DNA of 52,954 nucleotides, filler included, from Stramenopiles sp. TOSAG23-3 (Eukaryota): NCBI GenBank assembly GCA_900128585.1. It is 4 parts of 4 records of this genome, joined end to end, with 100 filler letters (N's around TTAATTAATTAA, not from the genome) between each part and the next. Parts side by side here need not be neighbours in the genome. Positions count along the whole stretch, not along the records: positions 1 to 24,306 come from LT642306.1; 3 more parts are not named here. One strand, 5' to 3'. Shown piece by piece: positions 1 to 10,134 of this stretch (position 1 is its first letter; each line of letters starts with the position of its first letter). The notes under the pieces were generated by a model. It saw only the letters and a program-made list of their open reading frames with translations, ran no database searches and was not told where the DNA came from. The position numbers and the translations under genes were made by a program.

Positions 1-392
1 TCTTCTTTCTTCTTCTTCTTCTTCTTTTTTTTAATCATTGCTTTTTTCTTCTTCTTCTTTTTTTTTCATCTTCTTCTTCATTCTTCTTTCTGACGATGAT
101 TATTATTGTGAGGATTATAATAGAAGAGAAGAAGAAGAAAGAAGAAGAAAGAAGAAGATATTTCAGCAGAAGAAGGAAAAAGAAGAATGAAAGAAGAAGA
201 AGATATTTCAGAAGAAGAAGGAAAAAAAAAAAGAAGAAGGAAAAAGAAGAAGAAAGAAGAAGAAGAAAGAAGAATAAAAGAAGAAGAAAGAAGAAGATAT
301 TTCAGAAGAAGAAGAAAGAAGAAGAAGAAAGAGGAAGAAAAATAATTATTTCTTCTTCTTCCTCTTCTTCTTCTTTCTTCTTCTTTCTTCTT
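1..392. repeat. Low-complexity (TTC)n/(GAA)n microsatellite field
   Basis: TTC-rich 1-90, GAA-rich about 122-340, TTC-rich about 350-392; the ORFs here are only poly-K/R/E or poly-F/S. Confidence 0.9.
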
Positions 393-771
393 CAACCGAT
401 AAAAATATTTAAGTGCTTTTACCTAACAGAGTATGGAGGAGGTCAGGAGAAAAAAATGACGACGTATAATTATGTAATACGAGAGAAAAAGAAATGAAAG
501 AAAGAAAGAAAGAAAGAAACAACTATTGTATATATATAGATATCAAACCACAATCCACAACGTCAAGGAATGAATCAAGAAGGATTTGGTTTTGTTGTTG
601 AAAGATTGAAGAATACAAATTCGTTCTTCTTCTTGGAATAACCAGGTTCGGTATATCAATATACCTAGAGAGAGAGACAGGGAGCGCTATAATATACCAG
701 GTTTTGTGTTGTTGCTCAAGGGGTAACTCTGCGTTTGTCACTATCTATACCTATACATTGACGTCTACGCC

Positions 772-1605
772 ATGGCGGACGGGTACGAGTTTCTCACGGA
801 GACGCAGCATTCGGTCGCATGGATTTTAAAAAAGAACGCTCGCCGGCAAGTGGTATTTCGGGAAAAGCTGGACGAAGCAAAGCGGCGGTTTGGAGCGAAA
901 GCGGGGAAAATGTTGCTGAACGGGGCCAGCGAGCGCGCCAAGCAAATGGTCAAGGAACGGTACTTTTTTGATGACCTTATGATGGGGAAAAAACCGCCAA
1001 AGGAATTTTTGCGAAAGAAGAAGAGGGGGGAACGCGGCGTATGGGAGGCGTACAAGCCCCCGCTAATAGACGTGCTCGGCAACAAAGTAAGGAATAGGGA
1101 GAAAGAATACCTGGACTCGTGCTTTAACGCCCGTGGCCTGACGGAGGAAGGGCGGAAAGCGGTCACGTTGCCGGACGAGCACTGGAAAGAGCACAGGTTT
1201 TACCTGCACGGTAACCCGGACGACGGGAAGACTTACTTTAAGCACGATATAACGCACCACGTGACGTTTCAGCTGCCCCCAGGGTGCAACGACGTCACAA
1301 AAATATGCTTTGAAACGTTCGGGACGTTATTTTTGAACCATTCCCCCAACACGCCCGAGGGAGGCGGGCACCAGCACGGACGGTACGGGGCCGGCGCCCC
1401 GATGGACATGGAACATATTAACGAAGACTCCATCAGTGAGCATTACCTTTCGACCGACGACGACGAGCAGTCCGTTTCCGCCGGTGTTGGCACGGACTAT
1501 GATTTTGGGGAGGACAAAGACGGGGACGGGGAGCTGGACATTATCAGCAGCGATGACAGCGACGACGACGACGGGGAAGAGGACGGCGGGCTGGAAAGTT
1601 ACTAA
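772..1605 (+). CDS. Hypothetical protein, 277 aa, acidic C-terminal tail
   Basis: GC-rich ORF in AT-rich flanks, start context GCCATGG, complex sequence, D/E-rich end (SSDDSDDDDGEED). No family recognised. Confidence 0.7.
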   Translation: MADGYEFLTETQHSVAWILKKNARRQVVFREKLDEAKRRFGAKAGKMLLNGASERAKQMVKERYFFDDLMMGKKPPKEFLRKKKRGERGVWEAYKPPLIDVLGNKVRNREKEYLDSCFNARGLTEEGRKAVTLPDEHWKEHRFYLHGNPDDGKTYFKHDITHHVTFQLPPGCNDVTKICFETFGTLFLNHSPNTPEGGGHQHGRYGAGAPMDMEHINEDSISEHYLSTDDDEQSVSAGVGTDYDFGEDKDGDGELDIISSDDSDDDDGEEDGGLESY

Positions 1606-1755
1606 CTTTTACGAGTACGATTAGATTGAAAACATAATACGGTATGATACTTTGCATTCTAAAACAAACAGGAGCACAACACGAGCGACGTAAAGTTTTG
1701 GTTTTTTATCACTACGTCATCTAAATGCTCAACATTGTTTTTCAAAACGCGCCCT

Positions 1756-4111
1756 TCAAAGGTCGAGGCCGACGGACACGACGTTCGGCGCTTTCTGCTG
1801 CGCGGCGTTTCTAAGGACTTGGACGGCGCTGCTCGCGTTCCCCGCGGCAATGGCGCTGGCGGCGTCCGGTTTCGTTTCTGGGCTGGACGGCGCGTTGGGG
1901 GTAGGGCCCTCGGCGGTCTTCACGAGACCGCTCCAACGCTTGGCCTGGGCCTCCTTCTCCTTCAGCGCCGCCTCCTCGAGCTTCTCTTCTCGCTTCCTCG
2001 CGGCGTCCTCTTGGCGCTTCAAAAACGCGGCGACCTTGACGTCCCGCTTCTTCTCGGCCTCCTCGGACACCTGCCGGCCCTCCTCGTTCTCTTTCCCGTC
2101 GACGCCTTCAACTTTCTGGGCCGCCTCCTTCTTCGCCTTCGCCTCCATGCGCTGCTTCTCCCGCTGCTTTCGGTACCGTTCCTTGTCCTTCTCCCGCCGC
2201 TCGTCCTCCAGGCGCATCTGGGCCTCGAACTCCGCGTACTCCTCCGCCTGCATCGTGGCCTTCGCCTCCCGCCGCTTGCGGGCCCGCTCCACCATCTCGT
2301 TGTGTTCCTCCTCCGTCACCAACGAGCTCCAGCCGACCTTCCCGCTGGCCTGGTCGACGTCCGGCCGCTTGGCGTCCTTCTCCTCCACCCTCATGCGGCG
2401 CTCCTCCCGCCGCGCCTCCTCCGCCATTTCAAGCTCCCGCTTTCTCCGCGCAGCGTTCTCGCGCCGCCGCGCCTTCTCCTGCAGCTTCTTTTCCCTCGCC
2501 GCGGTCGCCTCCTCCTCCTCCCGCCTCATCCGCGCGTTCTTGTCCCCCTTGTTGACCTCGTCGCTCGAGCTCCGGCGCGTCGGCCGCTTCCCACGCTGGA
2601 ACTTGGCGTCGCGAGGCCCGACGGGGTCGATGTCCGTGTTGAACCGCGGGGTCGACGGGGCCTTGGCCAGGCTCGCCGTGACCTTCTTTCGCTTCGGCTT
2701 GTCCCCTCGGCTGCAGAAGGCCACCAGCAGGTCCTTCACCTCCGCGGACCCGCTCTTCGTCGCGATGAACAGGGGCGTCGTCCCGTACGTCGTCTCGACG
2801 AAGAGGTCCGCCTTCTTCGTGAACGGGAGCAGGACTTTGACCAGGTCCACGTTGCCCTGCTCGGCGGCGGTGTAGAGGGCGATCTTCTTTCGGCAGGTCT
2901 GCTGGGACGGGTCCGAGCCCCCTTCCAGGAGCATGTGGGCGATGTTCACGTGGCCGCGCTCGCAGGCGTTGTAGAGCGCCGTCTTCCCGGCCTTGGTGAC
3001 GGCGCGGCAGTCCGCCCCGTTTTCGATCAAGTACTCGACGAGGGCCTCGTGCCCCTCCTCCGCGGCAACGATCAGCGGCGTCCGGCCGTCCTTCGTGGAC
3101 CCGTTGACGTCGCAGCTGCGCTCGACCAAGATCTTGACCATCTCGATGTGGCCCATCTGGCAGGCACGGTGCAAGGCCGTCTCGCCCCCATCGTCGTCGC
3201 GAATCTGGGTGGCGGCGTTGACGTCGCACCCGTAGGACGCCAAGACCTCGATGATTTTCGCGTGGCCGTTCTCCGCCGCCAGCATCATCGGGGTGTACCC
3301 GCTACGGGCCGTCTTGTTGAAGTCGGCCTTCGCGTCCAGCAAGAACCGCGCGACGGAACTATGGCCCTCCTTGCACGCGGCATGGAGGGGGGACATGCCG
3401 TCGTTTGTGCCCAGGTTGATGTTGCACCCGTGGGACACGAGCAGGCGCACGACCTCCATGTTCTGCGCGAGTGTGGTGAAAAGGGGGGGGTACAGCGGTT
3501 AGCGGTGAGGTTCGTGCCGGGGAGAAAGGGATGGGGCGGGGTTTACTTACGTTCTGCTCGCTGGCAAGGAAGAGGGGGGTCGCGCCGTCGCTTGGTCGGC
3601 GAGACATGAGCATCTTCTTCTTGAAGCTGTTCGACTGCAGGATAGTCCGGACCTGCCGAAGGTACCCGTGGTGGGAGCTCCACAGGAGCAGCCCGGTCTG
3701 GTTGGTCCCCGTGACGTTCTTGGACTTTTGCACCATCCGAAAGAGGACGGTCCGGACCATTCGGCGAGGGTGGCGGGACCCGAAGTGTTCGACGAACTCG
3801 GACACGACGGTCTCCCCGCAAATTTTGTAAAAGTCTCGGCAGACCATCGACGCGCTCGCCATTTCGCCCCCCCAAAGGAACCGCGTGACCGAGTACAGGA
3901 TATCGTTCGGCAAGGAGCAGAAGAGCCAGTCCGGGATAGGCTTTGGCTTTCGTTTCTTCCCGTTCCCACGACTGGAACTTCGTTCGTAATACTCTTCCGC
4001 ATCGTCCGCCTGCGAGGCGCGTGCATCTCGCCGCTGCCTCCACTCGGACTGGCGTTGGGTGTTTTTCTCTTTGACACGAGACAACAGCGCGTCGTAGGTA
4101 TTGTTCGACAT
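1756..4111 (-). CDS. F-box plus ankyrin-repeat protein with coiled-coil C-terminus; two exons (4111-3551, 3462-1756)
   Basis: Exon 1 has an F-box-like motif (LFCSLPNDILYSVTRFL...VCRDFYKIC). Splicing rebuilds a complete ankyrin repeat (GATPLFLASEQN|NMEVVRLLVSHG), followed by about 7 more (GMSPLHAAC, GYTPMMLAA, GETALHRAC, GRTPLIVAA, GKTALYNAC, KKIALYTAA, GTTPLFIAT) and an E/K/R-rich tail. Confidence 0.88.
3463..3550 (-). other. 88-bp spliceosomal intron (phase 0)
   Basis: Minus strand: GTAAGT donor at 3550, GCTAAC branch-like site near 3500, CAG acceptor at 3465-3463; removal joins the two ORFs in frame. Confidence 0.9.
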
Positions 4112-4423
4112 TGGGAAAAGTAGGGAGTAGTAGGTAGGAGGAGGTCAGGTCCGTTGAACAAGAATCCGTGAGGAATGAGGAAACCAAACGTTGGGGTTAG
4201 GACAAGAACAGTTTCTATGTTTTGAAAATAAAACAAAACCAGTCTCAAACTGTTCTTTTTTTAATGAAGAAAAAACGGAACCGATTGAATTGTTGTGCCT
4301 TGTTCCGTTCACTTTCGTTCTTTCTTTCGATTCTTTAAATTACCAAATTAAAAAGTGGTTCGGGTTGGTTCTCAGTCGGTTGTTTTTTAACTTACTTTCT
4401 TTCTCTTCTTCTTCTTCTTCTTC

Positions 4424-4454
<31 letters not shown>

Positions 4455-5025
4455 TATTATTTTAACAGAATTGAGATCAATTATTATATTATTACATATA
4501 AATAGCATAGAGAATAAAAACACACAAAAAATAATCCATTATAATATTTAACATAGACAGAGCATAGAGAATAAATTAAAAAAATTAAAATTAAAAAATA
4601 TAACGACTGGAAATAGAATACGGAATCTTGTACTATCTATTATATAGGTAGTAATAATGGATATAGTACATGTTATAAAGATATATAATACATTTTGATA
4701 GAGAAACGGTTAATGTATATCAATTGTATGCTTTAAGTATAGAATGAATCGATGATAACGGTCATCGTTGAAAAGGCGAAGTGGAATGAATTGTATTTGA
4801 TAGGTTATATGTTGTATTAGTATATTATATTAATACTACAAGTACGATTTATTTCAAAAGATGGGATCCTTTGTATTTAAAAGCAGGTAATAATACATAT
4901 GCTGTGTGTATATAATGAAATGAATGTAAATGTTTTATTTGTATGCTATGTATATATTATATGCTATGTTTATATATGAAAGAAACGCAATTTGGATGAA
5001 GAAAAGGACTGCTTCCTGTGTGTCT

Positions 5026-5316
5026 TTTTCTTCTTCTTTGTTTCTTTCTTTCTTCTTCCTTCTTTCTTTCTTTCTTTCTTTGTTTCTTCTTTTTCTTCTT
5101 CTTTCTTTCTTTCTTTCTTTCTTCTCTTTCTTCAATGAAAAAAAGTGATGATGGTATTTTATATGAATCAAACTTCTTAAATTGTACAAACTATTTAGTT
5201 TAATTCAGGAAGGAGTTTCGTAAACTTATTAAAGTGGATTACATTAGGAAGAAGGAAGGTTTTTCATTGACACTAAACAATATGAAATTCTAGAAAGGAG
5301 GGTGCGAAGTGTAAAT

Positions 5317-5393
<77 letters not shown>

Positions 5394-5403
5394 GAAAGAA
5401 AAA

Positions 5404-5449
<46 letters not shown>

Positions 5450-5472
5450 CAAAGAAACAAAGAAAGAAAGAA
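5026..5472. repeat. Opposed (TTTC/TTC)n and (AAAG)n microsatellite tracts
   Basis: Pyrimidine tract about 5026-5133 and purine tract about 5317-5472. Confidence 0.85.
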
Positions 5473-5649
5473 AAGAGGAGGGACATCATCAATAACATCA
5501 TCAATATCATCAATAGAATAATAATAGCTAATTATTATAATAGAAACCTTTCTATATGTCTATCAGTCCTGCATGCATGCACTACTTACTGACTTACTCC
5601 ACCCATTCCCCCCGTCATCATTTTCAAAATTTCCGAGCTGTCACTAATA

Positions 5650-8280
5650 ATGGAACACCACTTGACCAGGACGAAGTTACTGGAGAGTATTTTCCCCATC
5701 ATGAAGCGAAGCAACCGTCTGGTCCTCACGGCCCTGTTTTTCCTCCTGTTGATCGTCGGGGATGAGGCCATCAAGGTGCACGAGACCGTCGCGAGCCAAC
5801 AACGGCTCTACCTGCTCGATGCGAGGACGCGGAAGGGAAGCCACGCGCTCCAGCGCAGGTGGAAAGCGTTGAAGGAATCGAAGGATCACATAGAAGCGCA
5901 GTGCCATGGGAACTCGGCCGTGTGCACGGAACGGAAGGACGAGATACTGCTGCTGCAGGTCTTTGAGGGGATCCACTCGGCGTGCGGCACGCGCTTGACC
6001 AAGGACTGCCTGGCCCTCTCCGAAGTAGTGTACCGGAATGACGTCCCGATGAACAGGGACACCATAGAAAAGCACCAGCAAGAGGCGAGCGCGCTGATAG
6101 AAAAGTCGTTTCGGGCCATGACTCGGTGGGGCCGCGCAAAGAATTTTTTTGGTGGCAAGGACGCCGAAGAAAAGGCCAACTCGGAGGAGGCCGTTGCCAT
6201 CGGCGACCTGTTCAGTTTGGAAGGCATCGGGGAGGTTGAGGCTGCCGTCGATGGCGGGAAGAACGGCCTTGGCTTCATGGACGTAGCTGGCTCCATTGTC
6301 TACGGTGTTGCCAATGGATTTTTTAGCGGCATGATGGATGATTTCCGGGACGCGTTTGCCGACGAGACCTGCACCGACACGGCCGCACTGCGTGGGGCCT
6401 TCAAAACGCTCTGTGAACGGGCCGCCGACCTGTGGGACACCTACCGGGGCGCACTCAAGCACGTTTGGACGGATTCTGGAAGGGACCAGCTCGTCGATAC
6501 ACTTAAAGGGGCGTTTTCCGCGTTCTCAGACCTGGTCTCGCAAGTGTTTCGGTTTGTGGTGACCTGCAAAGGCACGCAACTGATTCTTATCATGTCAGCC
6601 ATAATGGCGGTCGCCATCGCGGTCAACTATTTGGCCCTGCTCGCGGGGAACGTTGTTGCACTGGCGGTCAAGATTGGCCTGGTTCTGCTGGAAATCGTTA
6701 CTAGTGTCCCGTACTTGAAAGGCCTCGTGGTCCGTGGGAGCAAAGAGCTCAAGAAGGTGATTGCCGGAACGTGCGCAAAAGATTGCCTTAAAATGTTCAT
6801 TCAGATCTTCGCGGAGGTGCTCGGCTTCGTGATGCAAGCGGTGCTTCTGTCCGGCGACGTCAAGGACGTCTTGAAGGTTCTGCCAAAGCCGGGTGCCCAG
6901 GTGGGGCCGTTCAAATGGTCCAGAAAGTTTCTAGCGCCCGTCGAAAAGTTCCTGAACTTGGTCAAAAGCGCTCGCGATGGGAAAGGGATCCGGCCGGCCA
7001 TGTTCAAGGTCGCAAACAAAGCCATTTTTGGCATCAAGACGGTGACAAAGAGAACCAAGCAGCTCGTGGGCAATGGCAAGCCCACGCCGAAAGCTCGCTC
7101 GGCAGGCGTCGACGCGTCGACCGTAGCCAAAAGCGCGGACGACGCGGACGTAAAGGTGGTCAAAAGCAAGGATGGGGATTCGATTCTCAGCGGCGGAAAG
7201 GCAGGGGCCAACACGGGCGGCAAGGGGACGGCGGAAAACCCGATGTCCTGGGCCGAAGGCAAACAGTTTAATGACCAGAGGAAGTATGCGTTCGACAAGT
7301 ACACGGACGACGTGCCGACGGAAATGCTGCGGCAGCAAGACAACTTTGCGGCCGGAAAGTTCAACAAAGTCGTGGTGAAGCCGGACAAGAGCAGCGACGA
7401 GATCATTACCCTGTACCGTGCTGGGAACAAGCACGACCCGAAGTCTGGGAAAGCTTTCATGGACGACGCGACCGGAGGGTACTGGACGAGAGATCCCCCC
7501 ACTGGAGAATTCGGCGTCCGGGGCGAGGCGGCCGTGAAGATGGAGTGGAACAAGTTGGACACCGTGTACAAAGTTGAGATACCTGTTAAGGACTTGAAAG
7601 ACCCGCTGGTCATGTACGAAGGCAAGGTTGGAATGCAGGGTGCGTCCGATGGACTGCACAAGGGCATGAAGTACCAAGGGGGGGGGGACCAAATCTACCT
7701 GGACGTTGCCCAGTTCCGAGGAACACCAGTCCCACGGTCTGACCAGGCCGTCTTGAAATCACGCTTTCGCGACGACGGTCTCTTTGCCCAGAGAGGAATA
7801 AAAGTGGAGGACATTGGGTACGCGGGCGCGCAGAAAGCCGCCGGCCCCCCTACAGAGGGGGTTGTCAAAGCCGCAGTCCCTGGTAGCACTGTTAGTACGT
7901 CGTCGGCTCATAATTCAGCGACGATCGTCAAAAATGCAGAAACATTGTCTAGTGCAGGGTCTCAAGTCAAGAATAGTTTGAAAGACCGGAGTGGCGATGA
8001 CGCTCTACCCGGGACGACCGACCGGGACGACGGTGCAGACGACAGCAGAAGTTTTTGGGCGAAGTTCGCGGAAAGAGTGAGAAGGAAACAGAAGCAGAAA
8101 GAGAACGAAGATAGCGAGGACCTGGTGCTCGAAAGCCAAGACGAAGAGGGGGGGAAAGAAGAAGAAAAAAAGGACAAGTCGTCAGGGAACACGAACGGGC
8201 CACCATGGGCCCAGAGTGGGGGGATGGCCATGAACTATCGAGGAGGAGCGGGAATGAGTCGGCTTGGAATGTACACATGA
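5650..8280 (+). CDS. Secreted polymorphic-toxin-like protein with hydrophobic hairpin and TNT/Tne2-like NAD+-targeting domain
   Basis: Signal-like MKRSNRLVLTALFFLLLIVGDEA (alternative ATG 5701); long hydrophobic stretch 6580-6708; motifs LYRAG...GGYWTRDPP...R.EAAVKMEWN...YKVEIP...YEGKVGMQG...GGGDQIYL at about 7411-7700. The CDS itself is certain; the product call is inferred. Confidence 0.7.
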   Translation: MEHHLTRTKLLESIFPIMKRSNRLVLTALFFLLLIVGDEAIKVHETVASQQRLYLLDARTRKGSHALQRRWKALKESKDHIEAQCHGNSAVCTERKDEILLLQVFEGIHSACGTRLTKDCLALSEVVYRNDVPMNRDTIEKHQQEASALIEKSFRAMTRWGRAKNFFGGKDAEEKANSEEAVAIGDLFSLEGIGEVEAAVDGGKNGLGFMDVAGSIVYGVANGFFSGMMDDFRDAFADETCTDTAALRGAFKTLCERAADLWDTYRGALKHVWTDSGRDQLVDTLKGAFSAFSDLVSQVFRFVVTCKGTQLILIMSAIMAVAIAVNYLALLAGNVVALAVKIGLVLLEIVTSVPYLKGLVVRGSKELKKVIAGTCAKDCLKMFIQIFAEVLGFVMQAVLLSGDVKDVLKVLPKPGAQVGPFKWSRKFLAPVEKFLNLVKSARDGKGIRPAMFKVANKAIFGIKTVTKRTKQLVGNGKPTPKARSAGVDASTVAKSADDADVKVVKSKDGDSILSGGKAGANTGGKGTAENPMSWAEGKQFNDQRKYAFDKYTDDVPTEMLRQQDNFAAGKFNKVVVKPDKSSDEIITLYRAGNKHDPKSGKAFMDDATGGYWTRDPPTGEFGVRGEAAVKMEWNKLDTVYKVEIPVKDLKDPLVMYEGKVGMQGASDGLHKGMKYQGGGDQIYLDVAQFRGTPVPRSDQAVLKSRFRDDGLFAQRGIKVEDIGYAGAQKAAGPPTEGVVKAAVPGSTVSTSSAHNSATIVKNAETLSSAGSQVKNSLKDRSGDDALPGTTDRDDGADDSRSFWAKFAERVRRKQKQKENEDSEDLVLESQDEEGGKEEEKKDKSSGNTNGPPWAQSGGMAMNYRGGAGMSRLGMYT

Positions 8281-8400
8281 TCGATGAATGATTTTCTATA
8301 TATTAAATAAAAGATAGATGACCGTCCTAATGAACCCTATCAATTTAAATTATAAGTACAAAATAAGTTGTACTATATATTATATAAACAAGTTTAATTG

Positions 8401-8530
8401 TTCTTTCTCTCTTCCTTCCTTCGCTTCCTTCGTTCCTTCCTTCATTCCTTCCTTCCTTCCTTCCTTCCTTCTTTCCTTCGTTCCTTCCTTCCTTCGTTCC
8501 TTCGTTCCTTCCTTCCTTCTTTCCTTCCAC
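8401..8530. repeat. (TTCC)n microsatellite
   Basis: Degenerate TTCC/TTCG tandem array. Confidence 0.85.
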
Positions 8531-8697
8531 TTTTCAAAAAAATCAGATAGGAAAAATTTAAAGAGAAGATTCCAAGAGGATGACCGACTGGGAAGCGGAA
8601 GTGGAGGACAAGTGCAACACCCTGAGCGGAATAAAAGTCCATCCCACGGAATCAATATAGCCACCCAGGCAGTAAAAGCGATAAACGTTTTGACAGA

Positions 8698-9981
8698 ATG
8701 AAGGCGGCTGCGTCGCCGAACGACTCTCCAATAATGAGGGGTCGGAAAGAGCGCGTTAAAACTACTCTGAGGTGGGTCTCTTTGTTGCACGGTGTTAGCG
8801 ATTCCATTGCAAAAATATCGTCCCCACTATTTGTATATGAATTGACTGGGGGGAACTCGGCGGAGGCGGCGGCATTTTTTGCGTTTATTAACATGGGAAT
8901 GTCTCTCGCAGAGTTCGTTCTAAACCCACTGTTTGGACAACTCTCAGACGCGTACGGGCGCCAATCCGTGTTGCTTCTCTGGCCACCGCTGAACGCGCTG
9001 TCTCGCGTTGCCGTTACCCAGTTTACGACCAAGCAGATATTTTTCGCACAGCAAGTGATCATTAAAATGCTGGAGTACGTGTTCGAGAAAGGGATCACGT
9101 GCGCAGTAACCGACGTGTACGACGGCGACGAGCGCTCCGTTGCTTTAGGGCAAATCAACTTCATGCGGGAGGGCGTGGGGGTCCTGGTGGGTAGCCTCGT
9201 TGGAGGTTGGGTTGCTGCTACCTACGGCCATCGCGCTGCGTACGCCCTCTGCGCGGCGGCTTCGTTCGGTGCATACGCTTTGTTGTATTTCAGAATGGTC
9301 GAAACCCACCCATCGGAGGCCAGGAGCCCAATCAATTTCCAGCAGGTCATGAACCCTTTTTCATTCTTGGACCTGTTCCGGCTCGATAGTCAGTACAACA
9401 GGCGGAACAAAGGTGCAATGAGGACTTTGTCGCTTGCGTTTGCTGTCCAGAAGGGGACGAACAAAGGGATAGAGCAGCAACTGAACATTTTTACAAAAGA
9501 CCAGCTCTCGTGGGGCGCCGATATGACAAGCAAGTACAAGATCGCCTCGGGGTTCACAGGGATGTGTTCGGGACGTTTGGTACGACCGGTGCTAGAAAGC
9601 GTGGGCAGGCAAGGCACCGTCGTGTACGGGAATCTGTTTTCTGCCCTTGCATGGATCGTTATCGGGACGGCGAATGCTACGTGGAAAGTATTTGCGGGGA
9701 TATCGCTCATGCTGCCGTTTGGGGCTTACAAACGCCCCGTCCTGGAAACCGCCGTCGGAACGCTCGCGGAGGAAGCGAAAATTGGGCAAGGAAAGATGCA
9801 GGCAGACCTGGCAAACCTCGTTGCGCTGATCAAGATTTTGTCCCCCATGATGTACTTGGCTGCCTACAGGTGGGGAAACACATTATTCAACACTTCGTCC
9901 GCCCCATTTATTCTGTACGCAGGATGCTTTCTTGCAAACGCGGCGCTGTTCTACACAGTACCAAAGGAGAAACTTAGCTAG
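8698..9981 (+). CDS. Major facilitator superfamily transporter (TetA/MFSD14-like)
   Basis: 427 aa, many hydrophobic segments, MFS motif A (FGQLSDAYGRQSVLL), D...ERS.ALG and G.LVGSLVGGW motifs. Confidence 0.85.
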   Translation: MKAAASPNDSPIMRGRKERVKTTLRWVSLLHGVSDSIAKISSPLFVYELTGGNSAEAAAFFAFINMGMSLAEFVLNPLFGQLSDAYGRQSVLLLWPPLNALSRVAVTQFTTKQIFFAQQVIIKMLEYVFEKGITCAVTDVYDGDERSVALGQINFMREGVGVLVGSLVGGWVAATYGHRAAYALCAAASFGAYALLYFRMVETHPSEARSPINFQQVMNPFSFLDLFRLDSQYNRRNKGAMRTLSLAFAVQKGTNKGIEQQLNIFTKDQLSWGADMTSKYKIASGFTGMCSGRLVRPVLESVGRQGTVVYGNLFSALAWIVIGTANATWKVFAGISLMLPFGAYKRPVLETAVGTLAEEAKIGQGKMQADLANLVALIKILSPMMYLAAYRWGNTLFNTSSAPFILYAGCFLANAALFYTVPKEKLS

Positions 9982-10134
9982 GCCTTTTTCTTTGCCTCTA
10001 GATACCAAAATTTTGGAATTGTTAAAAATTGTTTTTGTTAAATATTCTTTTTAAAACATTTTTGTTTGAAGGAATAATTCTTAAGTATTTCTTATTTGTG
10101 TCTTTCCAAAACTATTTTCTTTTACCTTGTACGC

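Noticed and set aside
78..497. Poly-K/R/E and poly-F/S/L ORFs (also near 4930-5590, 8320-8790, 12440-12840, 13400-13720, 19140-19520, 36145-36327, 37115-37429)
   Set aside because: Translations of microsatellites in AT-rich intergenic DNA; the repeat units simply lack stops.
1600..1624. TACTAAC branch-point-like site followed by AG at the end of the 772 ORF
   Set aside because: No convincing upstream donor and no downstream exon; it overlaps the natural stop codon.
1735..3609. 624-aa plus-strand ORF and other long overlapping ORFs (e.g. 14147-15415, 16701-17894, 22120-23481)
   Set aside because: Antisense shadows of GC-rich genes with strong codon bias; no recognisable motifs.
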